Positions 1 through 20,541 of a DNA stretch of 64,000 nt are shown piece by piece. Within the stretch, counting starts at the first letter, position 1; every line of letters begins with the position of its first letter. The DNA lies in NCBI GenBank assembly GCA_002269645.1, contig NIVC01001535.1:92976-156975 (forward strand), given 5' to 3'. A model generated the notes under the pieces. That model saw only the letters and a list, made by a program, of their open reading frames with translations, was not told the DNA's origin and ran no database searches. This DNA comes from Macrostomum lignano. Taxonomy: Eukaryota. The translations under genes were made by a program, and so were the position numbers.

Positions 1-3
1 CAG

Positions 4-2930
4 TGCTGCTTCTGCTGACAGTCTGCGGTTTGACGGTCCTACAGTTGGCGAAAGCGTCGACAACGGACGCACCAGCGGCAACTACGGAGGCGCCTACGAC
101 AGCTCCGACAACGACAATTCCAACTCTACCGCCGGTGACCGATCTCAAACCGGATGCGGCAAGAGCCTCAGTAGATTCGGTGTATTTTTCATGGACGCCT
201 GTGTCAGCAGCAGACGCCTCATACTGTGTCAACTGCTCGGGAAAGCCTGGTGAATGCAACATCACCGCCAGTAACTATACCTGTACCGGTTTGAGCTCCG
301 GCGCAGAGCACAGCGTGTCAGTCATAGCACAAGCTCCAGGACATCTGGACAGCCCGCCCAGCAACGCCACAGGCAAAACTCGTGAGTGAAGCTTCTTGGG
401 TCAAATACTTGGAAACAGCGCTGACATCAATTGTAGTTGGCTCTTGACTATTGTCATCTCGGACACATTTTCTCTTTGAGATTTTGAAACTTAGCAACCC
501 CATTTTTGAGCAAATGTCTTCCTATGACAGATGTGTTAAAACAGAACGGCTCACTAAGAGAAACGCAAAGACACACTAGTACAGGCACTGACACACTAAG
601 ACAGACACTGTGACACACTAAGACACACTGTGACACACTAAAGCAGACACTGGCACACTAAAGCAGACACTGTGACGCACTAAGACAGACACTGTGACAC
701 ACTAAGACAGACACTGTGACACACTAAGACAGACACTGTGACACACTAAGACAGACACTGTGACACACTAAGACAGAAACTGTGACACACTAAGACAGAC
801 ACTGTGACACACTAAGACAGACACTGTGACACACTAAGACAGACACTGTGACACACTAAGACAGACACTGTGACACACTAAGACAGACACTGTGACACAC
901 TAAGACAGACACTGTGACGCACTAAGACAGACACTGTGACACACTAAGACAGACACTGTGACACACTAAGACAGACACTGTGACACACTAAGACAGACAC
1001 TGTGATACACTAAGACAGACACTGTGACACACTAAGACAGACACTGTGACACACTAAGACAGACACTGTGACGCACTAAGACAGAAACTGTGACACACTA
1101 AGACAGACACTGTGACACACTAAGACAGACACTGTGATACACTAAGACAGACACTGTGACACACTAAGACAGACACTGTGACACACTAAGACAGACACTG
1201 TGACACACTAAGACAGACACTGTGACACACTAAGACAGACACTGTGACACACTAAGACAGACACTGTGACACACTAAGACAGACACTGTGACACACTAAG
1301 ACAGACACTGTGACACACTAAGACAGACACTGTGACACACTAAGACAGACACTGTGATACACTAAGACAGACACTGTGACACACTAAGACAGACACTGTG
1401 ATACACTAAGACAGACACTGTGACACACTAAGACAGACACTGTGATACACTAAGACAGACACTGTGACACACTAAGACAGACACTGTGACACACTAAGAC
1501 AGACACTGTGACGCACTAAGACAGACACTGTGACACACTAAGACAGACACTGTGACACACTGTGAAATTTTCTAAAGAACTCTGCATTTCGAGTCATCGA
1601 CAGCTTTGCTATACTCCGATTTTGTGTTTGCAACTCTGTCAGGTTTTGATGCTAAAAGCTGCTTCAAAACTTTTTAATTTTGTTTAGAATTTACAGTTAA
1701 ATACTTGAATAGTTTGACAGCATCTTTTATTTGCGCCTTGTTATCTATTTTTACAATAGTAAGATGAAATGGAATGATGATGAAAACAGCAGGTTGTGAT
1801 TCTGATTGCTAAGGAGCGTAAGATGTACAGACTGTCTGTATAAGATTGCTGTTGCATTCGGAATGACTGTATGTTTACACCTTTCTACAGTTTGTATCAG
1901 ACAGTTATTAACTTACTATACGCTGAAGACACTGCAGTCAGTGAATAAGTATGAGCAGTATTACTATCGCTGTATTTAAAATGCATGCATTTGTACACCT
2001 TGTTTGATTTGCTTCCAGTGGTCGCTCCCGTGGCTTCTGTCACCGTGACGGGCTCCAACGTGAACTGTCTTGATGTAGAGTGGCCAGCCTCCAATACATC
2101 ATATGTGACATACCAGCTCACCTGTGGCTCCAATCCTCCGATTGATGCTGGGGAACAGCTGAAAGGCAGATGCTGCGGTCTGCAGTCGGGAGAGAACCTC
2201 ACAGCAACTGTTGTTGTGGTTAAGCCTGGCTTTAACAACAGCTCTCCCGCCAGAACAGTGGGACAGACTCGTGAGTTTTCACACCCGATGTTCTTGCCTC
2301 ATTGCCGTGGCATTTTTTGTTCAAAATGTTAAGTTGAACCTAGCAACGGCTTTGCAGTTAGTCTGTAGAAATCGAAATTTAAACTCAAGGAAAGTTTCAA
2401 CGAGTGCAATCATGGCACAAGAGTGCATTGTATTCATTTACGTGTTTCATGGTAATTTTTGTGACCTGGCTTCTTCGATATTGCCGTGAGGCTTCCAACG
2501 TGCATGTGACTACTGTCATTTTACAGGGCACTTATGAAGGTTTAATTATTGACATGAATGTTCCAACTTACTAGGGATCTTTTAAATAGTATTTGTTATG
2601 TATCTGCTAGCCTTTTCGATACAGGATTTGATCTCTTCTAACTGACCTTCTTTGTCACACGAACTGCAACCCCGGTTTCAGTGGTGTCACCCGTGGCTTC
2701 TGTCACCGTGACGGGCTCCAACGAGACCTGTCTTGATGTAGACTGGCCAGCCTCCAACACATCGGGTGTGGCATACCAGCTTGACTGTGGGTCAGGTGCA
2801 ATTGGAGTGGACTCAGGAACCTCAGGCTCCTGCTGCGGTCTGCAGTCGGGAAAGAGACACCCAGTGACTGTTGCTGTTGTCAAGGCTGGCTTTCCTAAGA
2901 GCTCTGCCGCCAGCACAGTCGGACAGACAC
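4..2930 (+). CDS. Three exons encoding signal-peptide remainder + Thr/Pro-rich stalk + three Cys-containing fibronectin type III-like domains; probably the N-terminus of receptor copy 1
   Basis: Exons 4-381, 2019-2270 and 2682-2930, each bounded by AG/GTGAG and all phase 1-1. Exon 1 has hydrophobic LLLLTVCGLTVLQLAKA then a TTEAPTTAPTTT stalk. Each domain has the FN3 pattern (W...Y...C.GL.SG..Y/H.V.V) and ends G(K/Q)TR. The ATG exon lies upstream of the window. Confidence 0.8.
578..1562. repeat. 22-bp minisatellite (GACACACTAAGACAGACACTGT)n, ~44 copies, in FN3 intron
   Basis: Near-perfect tandem unit seen directly. Confidence 0.97.
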
Positions 2931-3213
2931 GTGAGTATCATTGATACTTGAAAAATAAATTAGTTTTCGTCTTGACTCAGGGCTGAGAAAAGCGGTAGCT
3001 AGCTATTCAGAGTTATTTTAAAAATGTTAGAACTTATTGTATGTTATATCTAGAGATCAGATATAAAATGGGTATTGAAATTATGTTTTTTTACAAATTT
3101 ATCTTATCTAGTTTTATAACTCACAGAAGTTCACCGTAAGAGCAATGTGTTTTGTCAGAAGGCGGTAACTATTTTGCTCCAGAATTAACCGTTTTTTTAG
3201 ATTACATTTTAAA

Positions 3214-3530
3214 GGGGGCCGTAGCCCAGTGGTCCAGCGCGGCTCTGATGTGCCAGCGGCCCAGGCTCGATTGCAAGTGCAGTCACATTAATTTGAAGAT
3301 AAATTGAAATATCGGCTTGGGTCTGCTTGTGCAATTAGCATTAAGCAATCGCCTAACGATAAATAAAGTTAGAGCCGCTGTGCACTTCTCTGTGAGTGTG
3401 TGCCTGTGCATATGACTGCGTACGTATCCGCGCGCTTTGTGTGCCTGCTCAGGGGAGTCGGCGGAATGGGCAGTAATGCCTCTCGCCGGTTGTGTGACAA
3501 TGTCGCTTGAAGTTCTTAAAGGGTGCACAC
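3214..3530 (+). mobile_element. tRNA-derived SINE, copy A (degenerate)
   Basis: A-box TAGCCCAGTGG, degenerate B-box GGCTCGATTGC. Body shares GGAGTCnGCGGAATGGGCAG and flanking motifs with the element at 57505-57768. Confidence 0.55.
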
Positions 3531-4383
3531 GACCGCTCTGCCTCTAATACAAAAATTACATGCTATACAGATTTATAGAGAAATTTTAAGTATATGGATA
3601 TCATAAATTAACATTTTGCCACAAGCAGGTCGGTTTTGAATTAGTAACACTTAAAAAAAATAGAATACGTTTTGATGAAAACAATTTAATGTTTTTGTTT
3701 GTTCTGTCTTCAAAACGAGAATAACAAAAAGCTACCCAATGTGGGTAGAAAAGACAGTTGAAATGTACAAATATTTTGTAGAATTAAGACAGCATCCGCA
3801 AGTGTTGCCGTGTTTACTTTGCGTCGAGTGAGATAGGCTCTGTCTTCTATGTAGGGGTTAGAAATTTTAGAACCTAGCAAGTTCGTTCTTGCAGAAAAGA
3901 CAATGAGGGGCCTTCACTACACATGAACTCGCAATGCTCATACTCAACCATGTTTATAAATAGGTCTTTTTTTAGCCATACACACTTTTAGATTGCGCAC
4001 AGATAATTTTTTGTGGAGCAATATAATTTTAATTTTAAAGCAGGTAGCTTTAAATAGTTGTGATTGAGACGCTTCAACAATGCGTCCTGCATTATTCTCA
4101 TTTGCAATTATCGTTGCGATTTCGTTATTGACGAGTAAGTAAACTCAACAAAAAGTTTATTCTACCTTAAAGAGACTTTAATCTTTAAGTAGCTGAGCCA
4201 TTATCTCAACGACTTTATCCGTATCCATGCGTTGGGAAGCTTTGCTTTTGTGAAGCGATCCCCAGCCTATAGAAAACTATCATCACTTTAACTAATAATT
4301 TTGCATTTCTATATCGAAATTCACCTCGAAAAACACCTACTAATTGTTCAAAAAAGATTATACTGAAAATTACATTTATTTAG

Positions 4384-7300
4384 GCCATTATGCGACAGCG
4401 GCCTCTTACTACAGATGGAGGAGTCTGAATCAATCAGAAGGACGGAACTGCTCAAGCAGTCTTAATCCTGGCTTAAATGTCCACATCAGCGAGGCTCTGG
4501 TGGATATCATGATGTATCTCTGGATGAATGGTAACATTTTAACAATTATATTTCTTGCATGCAATTCCGACATGAGCCTAGGTCTCATACTGCATGTATG
4601 CTAAACTATAGTGGACCCAGGGTATTCAAAGGTTCACACAAAAAATCAGTCGCCACCATTTACCTGCACAAATGTAAACCGAGGGAAAATCCTGCTTATT
4701 AGACATGACTGTTACAGGCAAAGCTTTAACTGCATAGGTTAGGTATTAAAACGGAAAAATGTCGTACGGGAACGGCGATTCACTGGGTGTGCATAGAGAG
4801 TGGGTGTGTATTGGGAATGGGTCATCCGATAAATCATCGGGGGAGGAACGTAGATATCCAGGGTTAGAATCGTGTAAAATTAAAACTTCAGTGTAAGTCC
4901 CATCAGTGGTCACAGCAAATTTTTGATTTTTAAATCGTAATATACGTCTATTAAAGATCATAGCGCTATCCTTCAGAGACAAACAAAAATGTGCCAGAGA
5001 TCTGTGGAAACGAAGTTCGTTTAACCCATTCGGCATTCCTAGAAAACAATGCGGGCAAAGGTAAGCGATTTTGCTACGCTATTTAAAAAAGCGCAATGTA
5101 GGACTTAGAAATACAACAAATAAATTGTATTTTAGTGTGCCTAAATCCGCACAACAACGGCGAAATACGGCTCATCAAATCCTTCCATGCGTTGATGAAC
5201 GTTGAGGCCAAAGTGACGGCTATCGGCAGTGTGCCAGCGATGTTGGACTACAAAGACTCAGGGTCAGCTACCACATACAGAGGCTACTTTGAAGTTGCCA
5301 ATAAACCAATATTGACTTCAGGACCGTCTGTTACTGAAATTGCTTATGTAAGCGGTTTCTATAAATAGTCAAAGGCAATATATATTTACCAAAAACATTT
5401 GTGCAGATTAAAAAAAGCGCTTATTTTTAGGCAGTCTACAGACTTCTAGTGACCAACGATTGGTCCTACGTCGCCATTGTGATCGAAGCTGAGGACGGAG
5501 CAGTGAGGCTGTCCCAAGCTCTACAGTCGATGTCCAAGGCCGATCAGAAAGTCTGCTTCCCGATCGTCATCCAACTCACGTCCAGTAATGCGACGGCAGC
5601 TGCAAAAGCTCTCAGGAACTTCGTGTATCCCGACATTCCCCGACTCACTGTCGTATATTCCGGATCCGGGAGCACATTTCTGTCGCTCTGGGACCTCGTC
5701 ACGGGCTTGGATGCATTGACAGCCGACTTGGAAAAGAGATATCAGCTTGTGCTGGTTGGAGACGCTCTTGGAAGCTTCTACCGAGCGACCAACTCGACGA
5801 GACGGCGACACTTTGGTCTCGGAACACTTTTTGTGTTTCCAGGAGTTCTTGACCCGAATCCGGCGTCGGACAGTCTAGCGGTGCTTCTGAAAAACATCAG
5901 CAGCACACCGGAATCGATGGGAGAGTTTCACCGACTTACGGACACTTGGTCACGACTGCAGCATTTCAAGAGCACAACAAGTGAGCAGTGCGACTGGACG
6001 AAATTCGGTGACCTGTGCTACACCCAAGCACTGATTTACGACTTCCAGCTGCTGTCATTCTTGCCGCTCATTGGCTCCGCCCTCGACTTTTCGCCAAGCG
6101 GAGTGGCGAGTCTCCGCCGGAAGAGCGTCAGTTTGTCGGACCTCCGATCTTTAGTGCCGTTCGTTGACGCGTTTTTGCGGCAAAACTTCACCGACTACTC
6201 ACTCGCCAGAGGCTTGAGCCACAGAGATCGAGGCTTTTGGCAACCGATCGTAAAAGTGTACCAGAGCCGGTTTGATTCACGATCGGAGGCGATCCTGGAA
6301 AAGCTGGGCGAGTTAAGGATAGTGCAGGCCGGCTCAGCGAACCAGAACTACGAGTGGGACTTGAGCACGATGCCCGAGCTGTACGAGTTCAGGGGCGGAA
6401 ATCCTGACAATCTTCCTGTTAAGGCAGTCAGTGGCAGCTCCGTGTGCCCGCGGAGCTGCCCCGAGTGCTCAAAGTATCGAGGCAAGCAGTCTGTTGAGTA
6501 TCAGTTCGGCGACCTTTACATTGGCGCGTTGATCCCAGTGTTTAATAGGGCAACGGATGTGTACAAATGCAGCGACGGGAACTTTGATGAGCAATCGACT
6601 GAGTGGTCTACAGCTTTTCGATACGTTATTAAACTTGCGGCTTGGGCCAGCGAAGGCGGCGCAACTCCACCCCCTGGCGTTGATGCCTCCCTGGTTGATA
6701 AACAGTTCATGCTCGGACTGAGGGACCTAGTCTCGAAGGTTCAGCGGAGTCGGAGTACTAAGCTAAAATGGGGCTACGTAATTCTTGACAGTTGCTATTC
6801 AGCGCCCCTCCTGACGAACAGGCCAGCTTTGTTGCTAAATGGCAAGCTGGAGCCTTTAACTGGGCTTAACTATACCAAGTTCGTAGGCTTTATTGGAGAA
6901 GCCTCCAGCACTCAAACGATGGCGGCTAGCCAGGTGCTCAAGCAATACAGCCTGCCTATTATTAGCTTTGCGTCAACATCAACAGCTCTGAGCGACGTCT
7001 TTCAATATCCGTTCACAATGAGGACAGTGTCATCAGACAACGAGATTATTGAGGCTATGATGACTATACTAAGGCACTACAATGTCGATTTGATTACAGT
7101 TGCTTATGCACCAAACGCTTACGGCTTATCGCTTCGCGACGCAATGTTGACCAGAGCCAACCGAGATGGAGTCTGCATCGCCAAACTGCTGGTACTGAAT
7201 TGCGCTTACACAGATACGGTCTGCAAAAGAAATCTAGCAAACGATATGCGCAGGCCAGGAACTCGATATGTAGTATTTCTATGCGACTCCGTCGACCTCG

Positions 7301-8922
7301 CCGCATTTCTTAACTACACTGAGGTAAAACGTTTTTAGGTTTCGAATCTCCATATTTTCTTTTGAATTTTTTTAGCACCTAATCTATCCATGGTTTCAAT
7401 TTTTAGGTGGAATCAGACCTCGAATTTATAAATATTTTGGCAACTGAAGACATCGACGAGGTGATGTTTACGGGAAAAAACAATCTCGGTGTGGGAACCA
7501 CCATGGTGCAGCTGGTCTCCGCTCCTGAGCCGGGATTCCTCAACTACCTCAACTACTCGCTGACACGCATGCCCCCGAACTCCAACAACTTGTCCCAGTG
7601 GGACCGACTGTACTTCGAGCTGGTGCACCAGTGCTACCTCACGGACAGCTTTGTGCGCAGTGATAAGTACACCCAGCCGTGCTTGCCCAGCATCGTCGCG
7701 TCGCATCACATTCGCCAGCTCGAGTCCCGATCCGTGTTCGTCATGACGGCGACTCAGACGCTGATCCTCGGTTGCCTGACGGCAATCGACTACTTGTGTC
7801 CGGTGGTGACGCCCGAGCCGGCGTGTCCGAACTTCTTCAAAGGCGACAGCGTCACACAGGAGCAGCGAGCCAACCTCATCATGTACGGCAGCCGGCTGAA
7901 GCCGTCCGGAACCACAGCGCAGCGGTTCTCGGGCAAATACGGAGGCGAGGAGTGGTCCTTCCAGAAGATCTTCGAGAACCGGATGGGTCGGACGCCGATG
8001 CGGCTGATGCAGTACCGGAAGATCGGCTCGGCGGAGTACCGCTTCGTGCAGGTGAGTGTCTCACTATTTTTGAATCGCGTGTGGGAACTTTTTGGGAGAG
8101 TTTAGTCACGACAATATTCGAAATGTGTAATGAAGAAACTACCGTACCAAGAAATATTTATTGACACTGATTCATTTCTTAATGAGGTAGGGAATGAAGA
8201 GCAAAGTTTTTTATTCAGTTTATTTTAGAAAACCATGAGGTGGATTTCTGTATTTAGGTATTTAGACAAATGGATACGTACATGCATTTAGTGGTAAAAT
8301 GAGCATTAACACAGGAATCTACGGAGTATTATTTTCGTTAGACGAGCGTATGATGGGCGCCCAATCCGCTGTCTCCGGAGCTCCTCAATACTGTTCGCAG
8401 GCAGGCACGCCCACACAGACTTTTGACATTTGATTTTTCTTTGCCACCCCAAAATCAACCCAGTTCGGCCTATTCGACGGCGTGAGCAAATCGAATTTCG
8501 CTGAGTCAGCTGAGAAGCTGTTTGCTCAAGAGCGTCAAGTCAACCCGAGTCCAGCCAAAGTCTGTCGTCGGGCGGAAGATTGCGGCCATCCCAAATGCGT
8601 GAACAGCATCAGCCAGTCGGCTGCATCAACCGAATCGGGCGTCATCACTCCCAGACCTGCACCGTCGCCTGCGCTTGGCCTCCTAGGCCTTCTATTCCTT
8701 CCCGGAGTTCTTGTGGGAGTGATCATCTTTTGGTGCCTTCGGCGGCTGATCCCTAATTTTGGGAGCAGCGAGTCGGATTACGCCTACGGTGATAGAGCGA
8801 CCACCGAATTGCCTGAAGTTTCTACGATGGGGCGAGAGAATAGAGATTCAGGTTTGTACGATACCGCCTTTGACACGGGCACAGAATCGGGCCGTGCTCT
8901 GCCAGCGATCAAAGCGTACTAA
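4384..8922 (+). CDS. Single-pass receptor copy 1: degenerate VFT + mGluR/CaSR-like VFT (ANF_receptor-type) + one TM helix + short Tyr-containing tail
   Basis: Exons 4384-4530, 5136-5347, 5431-7323, 7407-8051, 8464-8922 with consistent phases. Class C motifs GDLYIGALIP, GYVILDSC, VGFIGEASS, PIISFASTS.LSD, MRTVSSD, NAYG. Upstream VFT-like AVYRLLVTNDWSYVAIV. Single hydrophobic span LGLLGLLFLPGVLVGVIIFW followed by CLRR and a stop. No 7TM. Confidence 0.85.
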
Positions 8923-11033
8923 GGACTGGTGCTCACTTGATCGGACTAACCGAACAAGTTAATACGACGCTGAAATGTCACTCTGTTGTTAATTTAACCT
9001 AATAACTGATTCGGGTCCAGGGAAAACTGAAAGAGAACTTTATTTTTTTCTTAGAAATGCTCTGGAGGCAGGTAAGGAACGTGCGTTTGTCGCGTCGCTA
9101 GTGTACCCTTTCTACTGCGAATGTGCCACAAGTAGTTTTAACTGTAGCCAATCGGTCTAGGGCTCCGCGTCTGCCCCTTTTTTACAGTCAGTTTTGTCAA
9201 ATTGCTCATTGTAAAGCTGAAATATCTTCCATCAATTCAGACGGTTTATGGGAGCACTTGGTGCAATGTGGATTAAGTTCCGACAACCAGTCTTTTTAAA
9301 CCGGCAGTTTGCTTTCAATTCAAAAAGTTTATATTCGATTTAATTCCGAGAATGGACTATATACTGTATATCCGAATCCAGTTGTTTAATTTATGGCCAA
9401 GACTGCTAGAAGTTTGTATACCCATATACTGTCAGTGGCTTGAATTGAAAATTTCACCTATTTTCGAATGAAGCTAAGGATGAAACCAACCAAATTGTCT
9501 GAGTTGAATAAAAACTGTTTAAATGGAAGGCAAAATGTCGGTTAAGAAAGCTTGGTTGCGGGAAATGAATGCACATTGCACCAGGTGCTACCATAAACCG
9601 TCTCTGAATTGAATGAAAATATTTCAACTTTGACAGCACATTTAACAAATTTGAATGGAAAGGTGTAGAATCTCAGCATGCAAGTACGCTCGTAAGTAAG
9701 CCCAAATTTGGTAACCATGCATATGCGGCACAGTTTATGTCAAAGAGAGCAACTTCAACAACAACCGAAAAATGGGGCAGCGTAGAGTTAATAAACTGAA
9801 TAGTAATCAACCGAGCTAAAAAATTCTACAATTCTACATTGAAATTTTACAAGTGTCATCTTGTGTAAAAACAACAAACTTTTTCTATAGCCAGGAGAGA
9901 CTATTGCTGCTATCGTTTAGGGTAACTGTTTATTTATCAGTATAACCGTGAGTCGATCATATATCACATGCATTACATTTTATCTGCATCTTTTCAAAAT
10001 TTTGCAACCTGTAAATTTAAAGTAGTGAATTGTTTTTTTTCTAATAATGCGATTACCATAGAATTTTTTAAACATCAAGGGCTGGCCAAGGCAGGCCAAA
10101 AAGTGCACCATTTTTTGTATAAAAGTACAGATTCTTATGCACTTTAATATATGAGTCATTTAACAGATACTCGAGAGACAGAGAATCTGAAAATCTGTTG
10201 GTATCAAAACAGAATGATTTGAATATCGTGTTGCATTTATTTATTATTTATTCGACGAAACCAACTAAACTATTTGAACCTGCAGGTGTTATGCCGTAGC
10301 TTCTATTCAAGCCAAGGACACACTCTATTTGTTAAACTTTCTAGATATATAAGGATTTTACGTTTAAACTAGATGATACATTTTTAAATTGAATCAGTCG
10401 GGTACTATACTGCCTACTGGATCGTTCGTTATTAGTAGCATTCTCTAATTGCAAAAGTGCCTGCAATAAGAAAATGAAGAAACTATCAATATTAAACTAC
10501 ATCGTAAATTGACCCTCTGAAGCTGCAGTTAGATTATTTTTAATTGAGACATTATAACAAGACAAAAAGTGAGTCAAATATACGAATTAATGTTTTAAAT
10601 CCTTGTTGTCGACCTATATTTATCCGCGTAATATCGTCAAAAATATTTACTACGCTTGAATATTTTTGGTATGGAGCAAAAACAAGCTAAGATTAGCCAA
10701 GGGCTGGACCATTCGTCCCACGCAATGTGAGGGTAAATAATGCTCGCACGAAAGAGATGAAAAGCTCGGTTTGGTTAGAAAAAAGATAGGTGAGAGAGAG
10801 GTAGGAATTAGAACGACAATAGCTCACTCTGAAAAGCAGGAGTTGAGGGGCAGAAATTTCTTTAGTTGTTGTTCACTATAACCAAACAACTTAACGAAAA
10901 GAGACATAAAAACGAATTGCATTACACATTGAGCAGAGGCTCCGTAGCTGACTATTTTCTGAAGGCTGTGCTTTTCGTTCATTTGAAACGCAGAATTGAG
11001 TCCGATCAAGTCCCAGGTCGGCGAACGTTTCAG

Positions 11034-17461
<6,428 letters not shown>

Positions 17462-18139
17462 CAAATAGTCAATAGAGTCCAATTTCAAAGGATAACTATA
17501 GTGTGAATAGTCAAGTTTTATATATCAGATCTACTTGCTCTGTTCAGTTACCGTGTCACGTGTTATCAATTTGCCTCAATAATTCATGCATTTTCTTAAC
17601 TTCGAAACCAATTGATAGTTTTTCTTTAAACTAGCTGCTGCTTTAGGCAATTTAGATGCTGTTGTAGAAAGTAGTGCCCAAACGATCACTATCCCAGCTA
17701 GCACCCTTTGTATATGTCAGTTGGCTCCATTTAAAAAGACGTCTTGTCGTCGTTTAAGCGAATGCGTTGTTCGATTTTATTCTAAAATCGAAGATTTTGA
17801 AGATCGTGTCGTGGCTAAGCATTGGCTCAATGCTAAGGGGGATTAAACATTCGAAAGAAAGCATTCTTTTTTACAAAGGTCCAGCAGACTTGAATTTCAT
17901 TGCAAGATCTCTAGAGAAAATTTCATGCTAAAAATAGAAACTAACGTCACTAGTTCGACCAGTTTTGTTTCTAAAAATAGAACTGACGTTATAGTTTAAT
18001 AACTTTAAAACTAAATATAGAATCTGACTTTAAGATAAGTTCAGTAGTTTTTTGTTGCTAAAAATAGTAACTACGTCACTAGTTGAGTCATTTTTTTGTA
18101 TCTGAAAAATTGCAACTGACGTCCAATGCCAGCTTGATA

Positions 18140-19925
<1,786 letters not shown>

Positions 19926-20541
19926 TACAATGTAAAAGTCCAGCATATAGAAGTTCATGGAGTTGTGTATCCGTATGGACTGCAGTTCTTAATGGTTATA
20001 GCGAATTTCTACATTTCACCATATTAAGCCAACAGTAAAGCGAAGAATATGCACGGTTCGGTTTGTTTATTAAATCCACCTCGTAAAACCCAACGAGAGT
20101 GTACACTGCGAATAATTGCACACACTATAGTTTCCAAGGTCAAATATTAAATTTAATTCTCCACATTGGCTCCGATGCTCTGCGGACAAAACAGTCCGTG
20201 TGTTTACGAGCGTACGGAAAATCTTCTGCTTAAGATAATAGATAGATAGCGATCAGTTACCACTTTCTTAATCCACGAGTCGGACTGTGCACTCGATAGA
20301 AGCCAGCTAACTTCGCGCTGGACAGTAAGAAAAAAAGTCACACAGCTGCTGGCGAAAGTTTCACGAACACAAAATTCTTTCGTCATAGCTAGCTAAGCAG
20401 TTTTATCTTGTTTCAAATTTTCCTTCATGCTTAGCTTGTTAAAAAGCAGCAAATTCGCATTGTCCAACGCATTTCACTGATATCTCTGCGATTTGAATTT
20501 CACTTTTGGTGTTTGAAATCTTGAAAGAGTGTTCGTGCAAC

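Noticed and set aside
578-1562. Regular 22-bp repeats (and the arrays at 39925 and 41532) as CRISPR-like arrays
   Set aside because: Units are head-to-tail with no unique spacers, the context is eukaryotic introns, and there are no cas genes.
5449-7338. Annotation as a conventional metabotropic glutamate receptor
   Set aside because: The VFT motifs match, but no cysteine-rich domain or 7TM is encoded before the stop or in the downstream sequence.
17925-18085. Short imperfect repeats CTAAAAATAGAA.CT.ACGT
   Set aside because: Only three or four degenerate copies with no identifiable element or function.
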